A stretch of DNA of 60,341 nucleotides, counting the filler, from Sphacelaria rigidula (Eukaryota): NCBI GenBank assembly GCA_964200075.2. It is 8 parts of 8 records of this genome, joined end to end, with 100 filler letters (N's around TTAATTAATTAA, not from the genome) between each part and the next. Parts side by side here need not be neighbours in the genome. Positions count along the whole stretch, not along the records: positions 7,557 to 15,012 come from CAXNAA020014840.1; positions 15,113 to 22,567 come from CAXNAA020014841.1; positions 22,668 to 30,122 come from CAXNAA020014842.1; 5 more parts are not named here. One strand, 5' to 3'. Position 1 is the first letter of the stretch; each line of letters opens with the position of its first letter. Below, piece by piece: positions 13,300-25,920 of this stretch. The position numbers and the translations under genes were made by a program. The notes under the pieces were generated by a model that was not told where the DNA came from, made no database searches, and worked only from the letters and a program-made list of their open reading frames with translations.

Positions 13300-13759
13300 T
13301 GTGATGTGGTTGTGGCGCTGTTATGGCAAGCACAGGCTTACAAGGCAAAGTGGACAATCGACAGATCGTACGGTCCAGCACCAGCTCCTCACACAGTGTG
13401 TCGAGGTAAGGTCTCACGCGCAGTATTGTTTTCTTCTTTATTATCTGGTCTCTACCTTCCAGTATCCAATCAATCAATCCAATCTCACACTCAGTCAATC
13501 GGTCTCACCGATGTTAGACTTCTTTGCTGGAAGAGGCACGGGTGGCCACTGGGGTGCCTGCAACCTCAAATTTGGACGTTACAGACCTTGTGCAAGGTCT
13601 GTAACGTCCAAATTTGAGGTTGCAGGCACCCCAGTGGCCACCCGTGGGGTAGAAGATGGCAGTGAGAGAGGTCGGGTCTCGCTCGCACAAGGGCACGCTC
13701 GAGCCATCCTCGTCTCTGCTATATACATATTCACACTCGTACCTGACCAACTCTGAACA
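13300..13759 (-). repeat. 5' LTR
   Basis: TGT...ACA termini, TATATAG at 13725-13719, AATAAA at 13442-13437, adjacent PBS. No second LTR in the contig to confirm the distal boundary. Confidence 0.65.
13537..13646. mobile_element. Perfect palindromic MITE inside the LTR
   Basis: 54-bp perfect inverted arms with a 2-nt loop, CACG...CGTG ends, GG on both flanks; the same terminal 19 bp recur at 14884. Confidence 0.85.
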
Positions 13760-14883
13760 GACCTGCAGTCTTGGGTCTTGGAATACTCTAAATACGACTA
13801 GTCAGAAATGCAGGTACCCAGAATCGACAACAGATCTGAAGCGGGATGAAAACAGGCTAATATGCGTCTTCATGACATTAGCCTTCCGTTCCCCCACAGG
13901 ATATGTGTGAAAGCACGAATTTTGGGCCAAAAAGCGTCCCGTTTTCACCCCGAAATCGAAATAAAAATGTCCTTTCGCTCTCACCCTTTGGGGAATAAAC
14001 GGAAGACTGAAATCCCCCGAAATATTTTAGGGAGGTCGAGAGAGATGAGGTCGTCTATATGAAACTCGTTTGTCATGACGTTAGATCAGAGAAAGCACTA
14101 ATTTTGAGTTGAACCTCATTTTTTGTTCAACCCCGCATTTTTGAGAATCCGCTGTTCTAATGAGTTGAAGAATATTTACTGAAAACCGGATATGTATTAT
14201 TGCCTTCAACTCATGAAATTCAAAAACTTATCGTCCCGAGTTTTTTTTAATCATGCCCTATTCATTCTACGCACCAATGTTGTAAGTTCGACTCTCAAAA
14301 TTGAGTTGACGGGGGAGGGGGGTAGAAACCGGGATGGTCGAAATTCAGAACAGCATTTCACAGGCCACTAGCTGGCCCAGGCTTGGTACTTGCGCTTTGA
14401 AAAATTGTGTGAGACATAAGGGCATAGTTGACAAAAAAATAGATGGCTGAGTTATTATTATTTTTTAATGGGCTAAGCGCGTTCTAGCGTAGTGAAGGCC
14501 ATTTTTTCACGGGAACGCCCTTCACCCACCGTAAAAAAAAATGAAGGTCCACCTTTTTTTGTTTTCAGCATGCCTTTGCGATTCATGCACATAATAAGTT
14601 TATAATCCCAACTCCAAAAATTGAGCTTAAAAACTAAGATAGAGGCCAAAACAATGCCCTTCCCCCCTTGAAACGCCCCTGGAAAACGAAAAAACAAATG
14701 GACAAAGAAAAAAGTCAAGAAGCTAATTTTTTTCCCATTATGCCCTATCGACTCTCTGTACCAAATTACAAACCACGACTCTACAAATTTGACACGCGAA
14801 ATCCAGATTCCGTGCATATAATTTATCTGCTCGTAATATATTGAGTCTATTATGTCATATGATGTGCGCCATATCTCTAGATA

Positions 14884-15012
14884 CACGGGTGGCCACTGGG
14901 GTCTGTAACCTGGCCATATTGGGACCTTATCCACCTTGAACAGCCGATTATAAATTTTGGGGTTCATACAAAATATGGGGTTGAAGTGTCATTTCTCTCT
15001 TGCACGGAAGAC
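14884..15012 (+). mobile_element. Terminus of a larger element related to the palindromic MITE
   Basis: cacgggtggccactggggt is identical to the MITE end; the element runs off the contig. Confidence 0.65.
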
Positions 15013-15549
15013 NNNNNNNNNNNNNNNNNNNNNNNNNNNNNNNNNNNNNNNNNNNNTTAATTAATTAANNNNNNNNNNNNNNNNNNNNNNNNNNNNNNNN
15101 NNNNNNNNNNNNATAAGATATGTGAAAGGTTTTTGTGTAACGTATGGAAGAAACGTGATGAGCGCCGGAATATTGGAAGTGCCTCAATTAGGAGTAGGAA
15201 CGGTGCCCCGTCTCGAAAGGGATGCGTGGTCAATGGTCACACAACTAAGGCAACCAACAAATGAGTAGCCCCCCCCCCCAAAAGAAATGTTGCTGGTTTA
15301 GGGATGCAGAATCCACACGTGAATCGAAATTAAAAAGCCGAGCACAACGTACAGGTGGAAATTCCTACGCTTGGGTTCGTTTTCGCCGATGTCGCCTATA
15401 CGAGGAGCTTCATGTACCCTGAAACCGAACATCAGGCGCTGTATGACCACTTTCTTCGTCAGATTTTTGGGCTGGTTTAGGGGGGGGGGGACTATCGTAA
15501 AAAGTGCCCCCAATCTTGACTTTCGATATTTTTTCTTACCCGGCAAATC

Positions 15550-18500
15550 TCTACGTGTGCGCAAGAACAAATATTGGCCGCAGGTCTTTTCGTTGTACGC
15601 ACATACGCGAAATTATCCCTCACCGAGCGGGAAGGTGAAGTACCATCATCAACATCAATACAGTCGGATAAATGATCTGGTTACTCCACCGCTAACCGAG
15701 AAACAGTGACCAAGCAACGGAAGTGCAAAAAACCTCAATGCTCGGGGTTGAAACGGCCTCTTCAAGAGACTGAGATCCCCAGATTTTGTCCAAATAATGC
15801 AGATTGGGAGCCGTGAAAACTTGCCCAGCAACTGTCCATCATACGACTACAGTAACGCTGGACTCGTAGTGGATTAGTTGACGTAACGCGACCACTCAGG
15901 CAATCAAACGCATCAATCAACCAACACACCTGTCTCCCATGCGTAGGGTTCAGTCGCCACATATGCTGACCAATCCACATCACTACCCGGTGCAACACTG
16001 CCGTTGGAAGAGACCGTAGTTATGGAACTATCCGCTCCTGCATCGAAACGGGGAACAGAATAAGGCACACGTGCATACACAAAAAACAAAATGGCAATTA
16101 ATCAGGGGTGGAGTTTTCGACATCTCTTGGACGATAAATGAGGAAAATATGCCTGTACTGTACCGTGAAAAGCAGGGCTTGTCACGACACTTGGGGACGG
16201 GACGGGACCGGTATCTCGTCGTCACAACAACACCGATAAATGACGAGAACTCATCCCGTCGCGCCGGGGCGGGGCGGGACGCGACGGGACCGGACACGAC
16301 GGAACGCGACGGGAACGTTGACCGGTCGGGAAAACGGCGAGACACAACGGGAGTTTTTTAAGGATTGACCCGGATGGGTTGGGACTGGGAATACCATCCC
16401 GTCATCACGGGGTAGTTCCTGAGTCATTTTCGCGTGTCCTGTCCCGCCCTCATGGGAAAGCATGTGTACACCTCACCCCCCCAAAAACACGTTTAGACAG
16501 TGCGGTGATGCTCCGACGCTTTCCCGAAGAGCCCATTGTCGACTGGCCTTGCTTTTAACAACAACAACAACAACAACAACAACCGTTGAATCGATTCACA
16601 ACACAGCCGGCAACCACCGATACAGCGGCACCCGATCCAATGCAACACAACATGCTTGTGCGGCAGCTCCACCACGGCATTAACTGTACCGGGAAAAGAT
16701 TGAGAAACATATGTAGCCGCGCTTGACTAATGAGATGTACTGTATTGCGGGTTGCGCAGCGCAGCACAGAGCGATGGTAACTCACACGAGACGGCGTGGG
16801 TGAAAAATGATTATTGTGGAAGTCAATGGCACAAAACCATGGCCCAGAAACCACTCCAAGGTGACCATACAAGATGCACTCAGCTTCTCTTGAGATATGA
16901 CGAAGTATCCCGGCAAGATATCATATTTTCCCCGCGAGGACGAGAAGGGATAAAAACGTGTTCCCATCAACAACAAACGATGGCACAGGGCAAAACCTTT
17001 TCCCGTCGCCAAAGAGACGACGGGTCGGAAAGATTTTCCGATATAAAAAAAAAAAGACAACGAGACGTTTCGTCCCGTCTCGCACGAATTCTCGTCAGAA
17101 GATATGTTTCCCGTGACAAGCCCTAGTGAACAAGGAGTTGTCGCAGCGTTTCCTGTTACACCTCTCATTTCGAGCAAACATAATAGGTGTGAGAGTTTCG
17201 GGTTTGTACCTTCGAGTTAGGAATAGTATGCTACTATCGCTTGTTACTTCCATTTCACCACAACAAATCGCGTGAGTAAGTTCAAGTTTCCAACCGCACG
17301 CAGGGGTTTCGGCCATACCCAAGTAAGTGAGCAAGTCGTTTTGAAGATGAAACAGGGCCTTACTTCTTCAGTTGTACCTCTTTGAAAATACATGATAAAA
17401 AGAGGGGTCTTGCACCTCGACGACATCGACGCCGAACGAAATTGACCTATTCCCACAGGGGGGCGGGTGTGGTTCGTATCTTGTCACCTACCTCACGTTG
17501 CACCAAGCTTCCTCAACGTTCTAAAATTGCGTGCCAACTCAGGGTACGACGTGGGTCCAACCCCTCAAAGGCGTACTATTTATGGACCTATTGGAGTCAC
17601 GCCATGGAAATGACTTCATCGTTCTTCAGTACTTCTCTTGAGGAGTCTAGATTCATAGCATAGTTCCGGTGTTCAGGGGGTCCCGTAACCTCGATTTCCT
17701 GGAATATAGCACGACAGGGGTTTCCCCTACTTGTTTTTAAGCTTGCTAGCAAACCCGGCCATCGCGATAGAAGCCACTCTCTTTCCTCAGCAACCTGTGT
17801 GTGCGCTCAGAAGGCTCCTCATCCCATGGTGAAGACCTCTACCAATGATTCGATCTCATCATGGTGAAAAGAGTAGTTGGTCCCCTAGATACGGATCCTT
17901 GCCGAAACTGTCCGCTTCTGAAATATTTCTTTCACATACGTTCGACTTGGATCGTGTGGTCATTGGAGTGCTGGTGATGTAGTGGACCGATGCGCTTTGC
18001 ACCACCGACACGCGTTCGTGCGTTGTTTGCGCTGTTCGAGTGCCAAGTTAAATCACCCCAGAGGGTCACTCTTTTCCGAAAGGAGTACGCACGTGGGTTG
18101 GATGTTGGAAGAGGCCCCACATGTTTCCAACGCCGACGCACGCGCCATGATCCAGCAGAGAGAATCAGCAAAAAAAAATGAAACGATCAGTCTCTGGTGC
18201 GTGCAATTTAGTGTCGGTTAATTTCCACGATGGGTGAAAAAAAGGGCATAATGGAGGGGCACATTTATTTCGGTAATGGTTTGCGCCCAGTCAAAACGGG
18301 CAGGTGCCGGGCATTCCTGGTTTCAGGAATAATATCGTTCGTTTGGAAAATGGCAAATAACGGCGACATCGGAGTGAGTGAATCTAGGTCGTTGATAAAG
18401 AACACCCCCAAAACAACATGGCGCCTGCCGAGAAACACACGATTGCCCCCACCCGCCCCCACCTCCGCCTACTGCACACAGTGACCGTTCCTGCGATGAA

Positions 18501-19700
18501 AACTCCCACGCTGAAAAAAACCCGACGAAGAGAGGGGCACAACACAGCAGAAACAACTATTTTCAGTGCTCGCACTGTGGCTCGAGATATTCGGGTGTTT
18601 CGATAACGTCAAAGCTCGCCTACAAGTAAAACAGTTCCAACCACGGTCTTGTACCGACAGGTGCATGGAATTAAGCACACGCCCTGCTCTCCTGACAACG
18701 GGTGCTTCCGCAACCTGCGATAATGTGTAAACGTATACCGCCTGCAGTAGCAACGCTGTTTTTCCTGGAGCGTTGAAATACGTTGGACAAGAATTTACTT
18801 GCGCGGCACGAGTTGTCTTCCATTCGAGGTAGTGGTAGTTGATGGGACCAGACTTGATATCTTTGTAATTTCAGATGCCAACTCTGATGAGGCTGCCATT
18901 GTCGGAAAGCGAGGAAAAAAGAGCTACTTCATTTCATTACACCTTCGACACTTCACCTTCCGTGGGACGTGTCCCGTGGTCTCAAGGGATGACTGCTGCC
19001 GAGATAGCCACCCACCCCAAAACCGGCCAAAAACGTGCACGGAGGCGATGATCATGACTGCCGTTAAAGCTGGTTTCGTGCTCCACGACGCGAGTGATTT
19101 GGGCGTTATAGCTGATTTCGGACTGCTACACGCCTCTCATGTGGGCAAGATCTCTGCAAACGAGCCCAATAGTGGGATCGCAGCCGGTTCGTTGGATGGT
19201 GCCGGTGCACTTTTTGTGGGGGGGCTATCTCGGCATTAGTCGGATCATCAACCCATCTCTCCCCCGGTACACGCCGTGAAGTTTGGTCTCGCGCATTGGA
19301 TCATGACTAACAATCCCGCACCGTGTCGACTGTCATGTAACAAAAACCCACTCAAACACGCCATTTTTTCTACTCGCATCCGCCTTACGCTTTCAAAAAA
19401 AGGGATCGAATTAGATATTCTCAAGAAGGAACCCAAACACGTCTGGAAGTAATGCTACGGTACGGGGCACTCTTTGCGCAAAATCGTGTCTGGTTCAGGG
19501 GCTCCTAAAGATTCAAGATGAACAAGAATATGGGTCAGGGGATCCCCGTTTGCAAATTCATTCGGGATATCCCCAGCACATTGGAATAGTAATCCTGGCG
19601 TTCTCTCGCATATTTCATGAGTCGTGTTTTGGATGTGACGAAGGGCTCCTAAATATTCGGACCTCAAAAAATATTTGTGTACCCCCACTGTAGCATCACT
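15550..19700 (-). mobile_element. Highly decayed Ty3/Gypsy gag-pol remnant
   Basis: Faint motifs in Gypsy order across frameshifts: LRKECP (~19480), VDT/GAG protease-like (~19325), RTPFGK (~18080), MRSLLS..GFYR..AGFASK (~17780), RNase H-like (~17280), integrase-like (~15900). Confidence 0.4.
16173..17125. mobile_element. Non-autonomous hAT-like element
   Basis: TIR cagggcttgtcacg / cgtgacaagcccta; 8-bp flanks gtgaaaag / gtgaacaa; subterminal GGGAC/GTCCC repeats; internal (CAA)n. Confidence 0.75.
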
Positions 19701-20323
19701 CCTGGCGTCAATCGAGCCCGCGCCTTCTTTTCACCCTCATGGTGTCAGTTGGACCATTAGACCACCGGGGCCGGGGGATGTATCATTGCATTTACCTTCC
19801 AACGCGGGCAGACTCAGAATTAGTGGGGGGGGGGGGGGGGTTGCAAACACGCCAAGGACATGGCGTTTTATGAAAAGCCACGCCAAATGGTGAGGAGTAC
19901 GACTCATTCAGTGTACGCACATACTCAACCCACTCACTAGAGCCTTGTTCATGTGAACAGGTACACTGAGTGAACATGCACACGTGCGGATAGATTGATG
20001 CGGACGGGCGGGTACTGGTAGTCGAGAGTGTGTGACTACAGTACCCCGCTCATGGCAGCTAGGTAGCTGCCATGAGCCCTCACTCTCAACATCTGATCCC
20101 TCAGTCATAGGGTCGACTCAGTCTGGGCACTCTCCGATAATACAAAAGGTAAAGCTATCTATCCTTCGCCACGGGCCACGGAATACACTAGTGTTACAAC
20201 CGGTTGGGCAGAATGGCACAAGAGGGTGATAGGCCTGCTGCAGTTATCGGTGAGCAGGGTGTTACAGAGGAGTTGCGATAGGTACGTAGTCAGATGAGTT
20301 CCATGGCTTAGCTCATCAGTGAT

Positions 20324-21586
20324 ATGCAGCTAAGCCAAGCTACATTACAGAGTACCATGGACAACATGAGGACAGTAAGAGAGGCCGGGGACGCAGAAAA
20401 CAACGGCGTCCTCGATAGTGAAGGTTCCCATAGTGAACGGGGGGAATTCAGCGTAAATAGGACAGCGGAACGGCGTGGTGCTGGAGTGCGACGAGAGCGA
20501 CGGTACATCGCGAGCCAAGCTGTTCCAGAGGACGGAGCACGCGACGCGATGGACAACGGGGTCACCAGTGACAAAGCTAGGGCCTTTGTCCCGGCACGTG
20601 AGTCAATCCAAATAAACGATACAAGTGGATATGTGTCAGGGGTTCCCGCTTTTCGACAGAACGTCCCAAAATTCTCAGGGGAGAGCGCTGATTATGTTCG
20701 GTACAGGCATGAGCTGGTCAACTTCGCAAGGGGTGAAGGAATTGACTGGGTGTTCACCATGGCCGGTAATACTTCTTACGATGTAGATGTCGGTAATCCT
20801 GAGATAGCGATGGGGGATCTGGAGAGCAGACATGGGAAGGACGCAGTGGCAGTCAACGTAAGGGCCGGACGAATAATTGTAGATAGTTTAGAAGGAAGGA
20901 GGGAGCAAGATATTTTGATTAGAACCCACTCACCAGCTGCGGTTTGGAGAAAACTTGAGGATGTCTTTCGCCTCAAAACAAATGGGGCGAGAACCGCTTT
21001 GTTGGAAAAGTTCGATGGAGTCAAGATTGGTGTCTGTGATGATCCAGAGCAGAAGCTACTCAAGATGGAGGAACTTGCACGTAACCTATATTCATACGAG
21101 GAGCATGAACGACTGAGCGAAAACCATTTTCTCTTGAAATTCCTCAACGCGCTGCCTTTCGAGTGTCACATTCAGATACAATTGCTCGAGGATCGAGAGG
21201 GACCGCTGACACGGGAGGTTGTGTTGACTTCGATTCGAAAGCGTTTCGAATCAACATCTTTGAAACAGAAACTTGCCGGGGGAAAGAAGTCATCCCCGGG
21301 CGACCAGGCTCTTCTTGCCGGGGGTGGGACCGAAGAACCGAGCGCTGCTCACCGCGAGGGAAAACCGGGAAAATCCCAGGACTCTGGTCAGAAAAACGGC
21401 GGAAGCCAGAGTTCGAGTAGCTCTGGGTCGGCATCGTCGGACGGCAAACCGGCGACTGGGCAGCTGCTCCGCTGCCACATTTGCAACGAGAACACTGCCC
21501 GAAGAGATACTGCGGGAGGTGCTGTCAGCAGGGGCACACGTTCTGGGACTGCCCGAGATCGACAGAGAAGAAAGAAGACGCGGTGA
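20324..21586 (+). CDS. Copia Gag (UBN2-like)
   Basis: 420-aa ORF with PKFSG, AVWRKLEDVF and FLLKFLNALP motifs and a broken knuckle (CHICNE). Confidence 0.8.
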   Translation: MQLSQATLQSTMDNMRTVREAGDAENNGVLDSEGSHSERGEFSVNRTAERRGAGVRRERRYIASQAVPEDGARDAMDNGVTSDKARAFVPARESIQINDTSGYVSGVPAFRQNVPKFSGESADYVRYRHELVNFARGEGIDWVFTMAGNTSYDVDVGNPEIAMGDLESRHGKDAVAVNVRAGRIIVDSLEGRREQDILIRTHSPAAVWRKLEDVFRLKTNGARTALLEKFDGVKIGVCDDPEQKLLKMEELARNLYSYEEHERLSENHFLLKFLNALPFECHIQIQLLEDREGPLTREVVLTSIRKRFESTSLKQKLAGGKKSSPGDQALLAGGGTEEPSAAHREGKPGKSQDSGQKNGGSQSSSSSGSASSDGKPATGQLLRCHICNENTARRDTAGGAVSRGTRSGTARDRQRRKKTR

Positions 21587-21654
21587 TGCGACCCAGGCGA
21601 GTATGCATTGAGCGTTGAGCGGGGGGGTGATAGTCAGCAGGGTGAGGGCGAACC

Positions 21655-22260
21655 GTGGATAATGACACAGGGGCTACCCAGCATTTCTCCCACGATTCCC
21701 ATGGGATCACGGAGTACAGAGAGAGCAAGGGTAGGGTACTACGGTGCGCGGGAGGTAGTACTTACCCGATCGTAGGCAGAGGAAATTTGTCTCTTGCCTT
21801 CAGATCTGACGGGCAGGATGTAATCCTAAAACTAGTCAATGCTGACCATGTACCTGGTGTCCGTCATCACCTCTTGTCACTCCCGAGGGTCCAATAAATG
21901 GGACACAGCTACACTGGTTTTCGTACAGGTTTCAGGGTGTAGATCTCAATTCAGGCAATGCACTGATAATACCCGGACAACCACGTCAACTCAGAATGTA
22001 CCTCCGCCACCTCAATCAAAGTGGTAGTGACAAGTGTGCTTCGGCATGTGCTGTTATTGCCCCGGGGGCTCCGCCTACCCCCCAGACCGCTGACATCAAC
22101 GAGTTTTACTGTTCCCACGCTCACATCCGCGAGGATTTACTGAGGAAGACGGCGAAGCAGCAGGGAAAGCAGCTGGCTGGAGAGCTGCAGCCCTGCCGCG
22201 GCTGCTCAGAGGCAAAGGGACTGCGGGCATCGATTCCAAGATCGACGCACACGAGAGCAC
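21655..22260 (+). pseudogene. Copia protease and GAG-pre-integrase remnants
   Basis: DTGATQHFSHD...GRG...VPGVRHHLLS, then DINEFYCSHAHI...LQPCRGCSEAKG; stops and frameshifts; integrase core, RT and RNase H not seen. Confidence 0.8.
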
Positions 22261-22884
22261 AAGCGATCCAGACGCCGGGCGAGCTGAAGGATTTCAGCGT
22301 CGATCAAGGCCAAGATGTGGGTGAAGGCGGGACGGAAAGCTCGGCAGTGGACACTTTGCCCAGCGGTTCCTCAAGCGTGCCGTCCTCCCCGCCGAGTTCC
22401 GTTGGTTGGAGGGACGGAGCAGCACCGCAGATCCCCGTCAGTAGTGGAGGGGGCGAAGTGCGTTCACCGTCCCCGCGAGGGGGGAGGGGAGGCGGAGTGA
22501 TACCAGAGATCCCCGTTCCAGATCTTGTCAACGGAGGGGGTGAGGTGGAGTCGAAATCATCATCATCNNNNNNNNNNNNNNNNNNNNNNNNNNNNNNNNN
22601 NNNNNNNNNNNTTAATTAATTAANNNNNNNNNNNNNNNNNNNNNNNNNNNNNNNNNNNNNNNNNNNNGTACTCATTTGTTGCTTGCCTTAGTCATTTGAC
22701 CATTGACCACGCATCCCTTTCGAGACGGAGCACAAAATGAAAACGAGCTTTGGAGCTTGACGCTTGTACATGAGCAGATATGCATATGAACTTAAAGATT
22801 CTAGGTTCAAAATCGTCGAAGAGCTCATTATAGTCATTTGCTCGTCGGAGTGCTGACTCCTCCACTCCAGTCGTTCATCACGAG

Positions 22885-22992
22885 CAATGACTCGAGCGCT
22901 CGCCCTATTAGTTTTTCCGACAAGGAGCAGTGACTCGGGTGCTCGCCCTATTAGTTTTTCCCACAACGACCAATGACTTGAGTGCTCGCCTC
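22885..22992. repeat. Short degenerate tandem repeat (tgactcgagcgctcgccctattagttttcc) x3
   Basis: Three related units about 45 nt apart. Confidence 0.7.
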
Positions 22993-24089
22993 ATCAGTTT
23001 TCACGACTTTTCATGGCCAACGAGCAGCCCAACGAGTGCAAGTGCCACGAGTCACATTCGTGCTTGTTTGACGTGTGAAAAAGTTCGGGCGGAAGACTTC
23101 TCTCAGTGACATTCTTAGAAAAGTCAGTTTTAGAATCCCATCTTGTGCGGGTGGTCGTATGTAAAATCCAGGGGGTTTGTACACCCAAGACCATCATCTA
23201 GCCTACGTGCAGATGGTGGCAGTGGTCATCATTTGCATTTTGTGCTTGTGCCACCTGCGATAAACTACACGCAATCTCGCCCACGTACAGGATACACGAT
23301 ATGGCAACAAAAAGCACACACACACAACAAACACGCGCGCACATACGCACACAGTTGCTACTGGTATAATAGGAATCGGAATGGAGGGCGTGTCTACCCT
23401 TACTTCAGCCGATCGCAGCTTGGTACAGTGTCGCAAGCGGTACAGTGCAGCAGTACGGTCTGTGCCATACCGCACACAACAAAGTCAGTGGTGCGGTAGC
23501 AGCCGTCTCAGTACACAGAGTACTACAGAATTCACAATCGGTGGCGGGCACGACGATCATGAAACGATGCGAGCAGTCAATACAGGCAGCAGGGGCGACA
23601 CCGTGGTATTTGACAGTGGTAACGCTGCCGGTGAAAAATCAATTGATCACGACAGTCCTGTCTGTCCCTGGCCCCACGGTCATCAAGACGATGCACGGAG
23701 TGCTGCAGCAGCTATGCTGTTGCTACGTTACTGTACATACAATATGCATAGCTCCTTTTGCATTGAATGTATTACGCTTGCATGCGAGGAGTGTGTGATA
23801 GAGCACTGACTGTACCATTGTAATGGAACGTCACTTTCCAGACAGGGGAGAGTCTTTGGGAACTGACGGCTTTTTCAGCAAGATTTTTGCAAATCTCGTT
23901 GTCTGGACACGGCTTTTAGTTTCCAGAGACTTTCGAATGAAAAATGGTCCCGTAACGTCGTGCTCTGACAGCTGTTTTGCGTGACTGTTTTCAGTCTATG
24001 AGGAGCGGCTAAGGCCGTTTTTTATATTTTTGTGCGCGGCAACGCGAATAAACAAAAAACAGCACAAACTGTACGTGAACCAAGGGGCC

Positions 24090-24170
24090 TTACAGACTGG
24101 AATACGTTAATCACCGCCTCCGATAGCCAAAAGCCTCATCCTGGGCGACGGGGGGTGAGGGGGGTACCTC
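24090..24170 (+). repeat. Dispersed repeat, probable DNA-transposon terminus
   Basis: tacagactggaatacg...cctcat(c/t)ctgggcgacggg...ggggtacc also occurs at 37595-37677. Confidence 0.7.
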
Positions 24171-24359
24171 ACTTTGGAGGGATAGGTACCCTCTGATCAG
24201 ATGGACAATGACGATAGTAGGTACTGTACTGTGCAGCACGTCATGAACGGTTTTTCTCGGCTTGTGCCAGGCTTGTGTATAAGTTGTGTATGCTACGGCA
24301 GCACAGCTGCACGGCAGGTGGTAGGGGTACGTCTAGTCTTGGCTGAGCAATGTCTGTAT

Positions 24360-24600
24360 TTGTTGTGTCTGTGTTTGTGTCGTCGTCCCATCTGTTCTGG
24401 ATGCCAGTCTACACATTCCCGTATAAATGGGCGCACGAGCCAGGGTCACACAGGAGTGAGGCCAACACAGAAGTTTTCCTTTCTAATATGTTTTAGTTCT
24501 CCACCTTCCTCCTGCGGTGCTACCCTTATTTTTCTTTTATCGGCAGAGGGGTTCAGCACGCCCTTTCCCTCGTCGACCGTGAGGTCGAATTTTATTGGAA
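24360..24600 (-). mobile_element. 5'-truncated SINE family A copy
   Basis: Reverse match to the 3' part of 35350-35705, with a decayed (CA)n tail. Confidence 0.75.
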
Positions 24601-25920
24601 CAGATTATGCCAGGATGGAAAAAGAATACAGAAGTGTGACTTGTTGGCTACTTTCTTTAGCGACACCATCTTCACGAGATTCTCATTTGTCGCTTCTACC
24701 TGGGTTGCTGTGCAGTATGCCGACCTTTGGAGATTGCCCTTCGACATAGCTGTTCGGACGCGGGCACTGCCTAAGCGGGCACCAGGTAATCATCCTTGAA
24801 TCATCTACAATTGGTTGACACCACGGGAGTGCTGTCAGAACATTTTTTTGCTGGTTGGAATTATGCAGTCAAGTCACCGTAGTAGTGGTACACTTTCCTT
24901 GGTGGACAAACAGAACGCCCTTGGGTTCATGTCTTGAGCACGCGGCCCTCTCCAGCATTGCGGCCTCACTACCATAACACCTACCCCAAAGTCATTTCCA
25001 GCGATCACCTTGACTAAGATTCATTATCCAACGGCCAAGTTCTCTTCTCCGCGGCCGCTAGAACAACTGATTTGCCCAAACTCCTCGGTTTTGGGCTGCT
25101 CGAGTTAAGGCCAGCATCGTGGTGAAGGTTCAGTTCCATTTCGTTTTCTGGTGAAGAAACAGGGGAAAACAGGTTTGTGACGGTCATTTTTCGATTTTCC
25201 TCATTCTCGACCACCCCTTGGGAGGGGGCGTACTCATTTGTTGCTTGCCTTAGCCATTTGACCATTGACCTTGGGAGGGGGGGGGGGGGGGGGGGGGAGT
25301 CGGTTTCCTGGGTGGGGGGCCCCTTGGGGGGACGAGTTTTCTGGGCCGCCTTTGGTCCACGCAAAAAAAGNNNNNNNNNNTTCGTTGGGTGTGTTGTTTT
25401 GTGTTGGGTGTGGTGTGGGGTGGGTGGGGGGGGGGGGGGGGTGGGGGGGGGGGGGGGGGGGGGGGTAATCGTTTTCCAGTCTGTGAGGCCCCTTGCGTGA
25501 ACGAGTTTCATGTGCAACCTTGGATACCGGCAAAAACATGTGCGGCCAGTCATTGCCGCATGATCATGCCGACCGCGGTCATCTATGTTTCTGGTGTACT
25601 GTACAATACAATACTGTTTGGTGCGTGAGGCCCACAAAAGACCAGGGTAGACAGGGAACAGGGACCGCGACCGAGAATTCAATCTCATGAAATAATCTCA
25701 ATCCTTACCCCAACTCCAACCCAGCCCATGCCCAGAACCCACGGGCAAGGAATACTCTCCACAAGTGCATGTTTCAAGACCTCAAAAATTCATGTTCTGC
25801 AGGAAAGTTCGTCTGCTTGCCTGTACGTGCAAATAAGGCACTCGAATACCGGTAGTCCAAAAAAGCAGGCAAAAATACTGCTAGTGGGACAAGTTGACAA
25901 CGCTTGCGGTATAACATAAT

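Larger units (their letters stand above)
7697..13759 (-). mobile_element. Ty3/Gypsy-type LTR retrotransposon, 5' half, decayed
   Basis: LTR TGTTCA...ATCACA (13759-13300), PBS, gag-like ORF fragments, CCHC knuckle CINCSIQGHSMRDC and protease motif FLDSGS in the expected order. Confidence 0.8.
19839..22567 (+). mobile_element. Ty1/Copia LTR retrotransposon, internally deleted and frameshifted
   Basis: Gag ORF 20324-21586, protease DTGATQH (~21665), integrase N-terminal HAH...CRGC module (~22110-22210); tentative LTR 19839-20201. Confidence 0.85.

Noticed and set aside
9783-13617. Long plus-strand ORFs (193, 221, 281 aa)
   Set aside because: Antisense shadows of GC-rich gag-region ORFs
7232-15278. 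Large inverted repeat bracketing the Gypsy element
   Set aside because: The two copies lie on different, artificially joined contigs
25014-25688. Proline-rich 224-aa ORF
   Set aside because: Arises from poly-G tracts around an N gap plus a repeat; low-quality sequence
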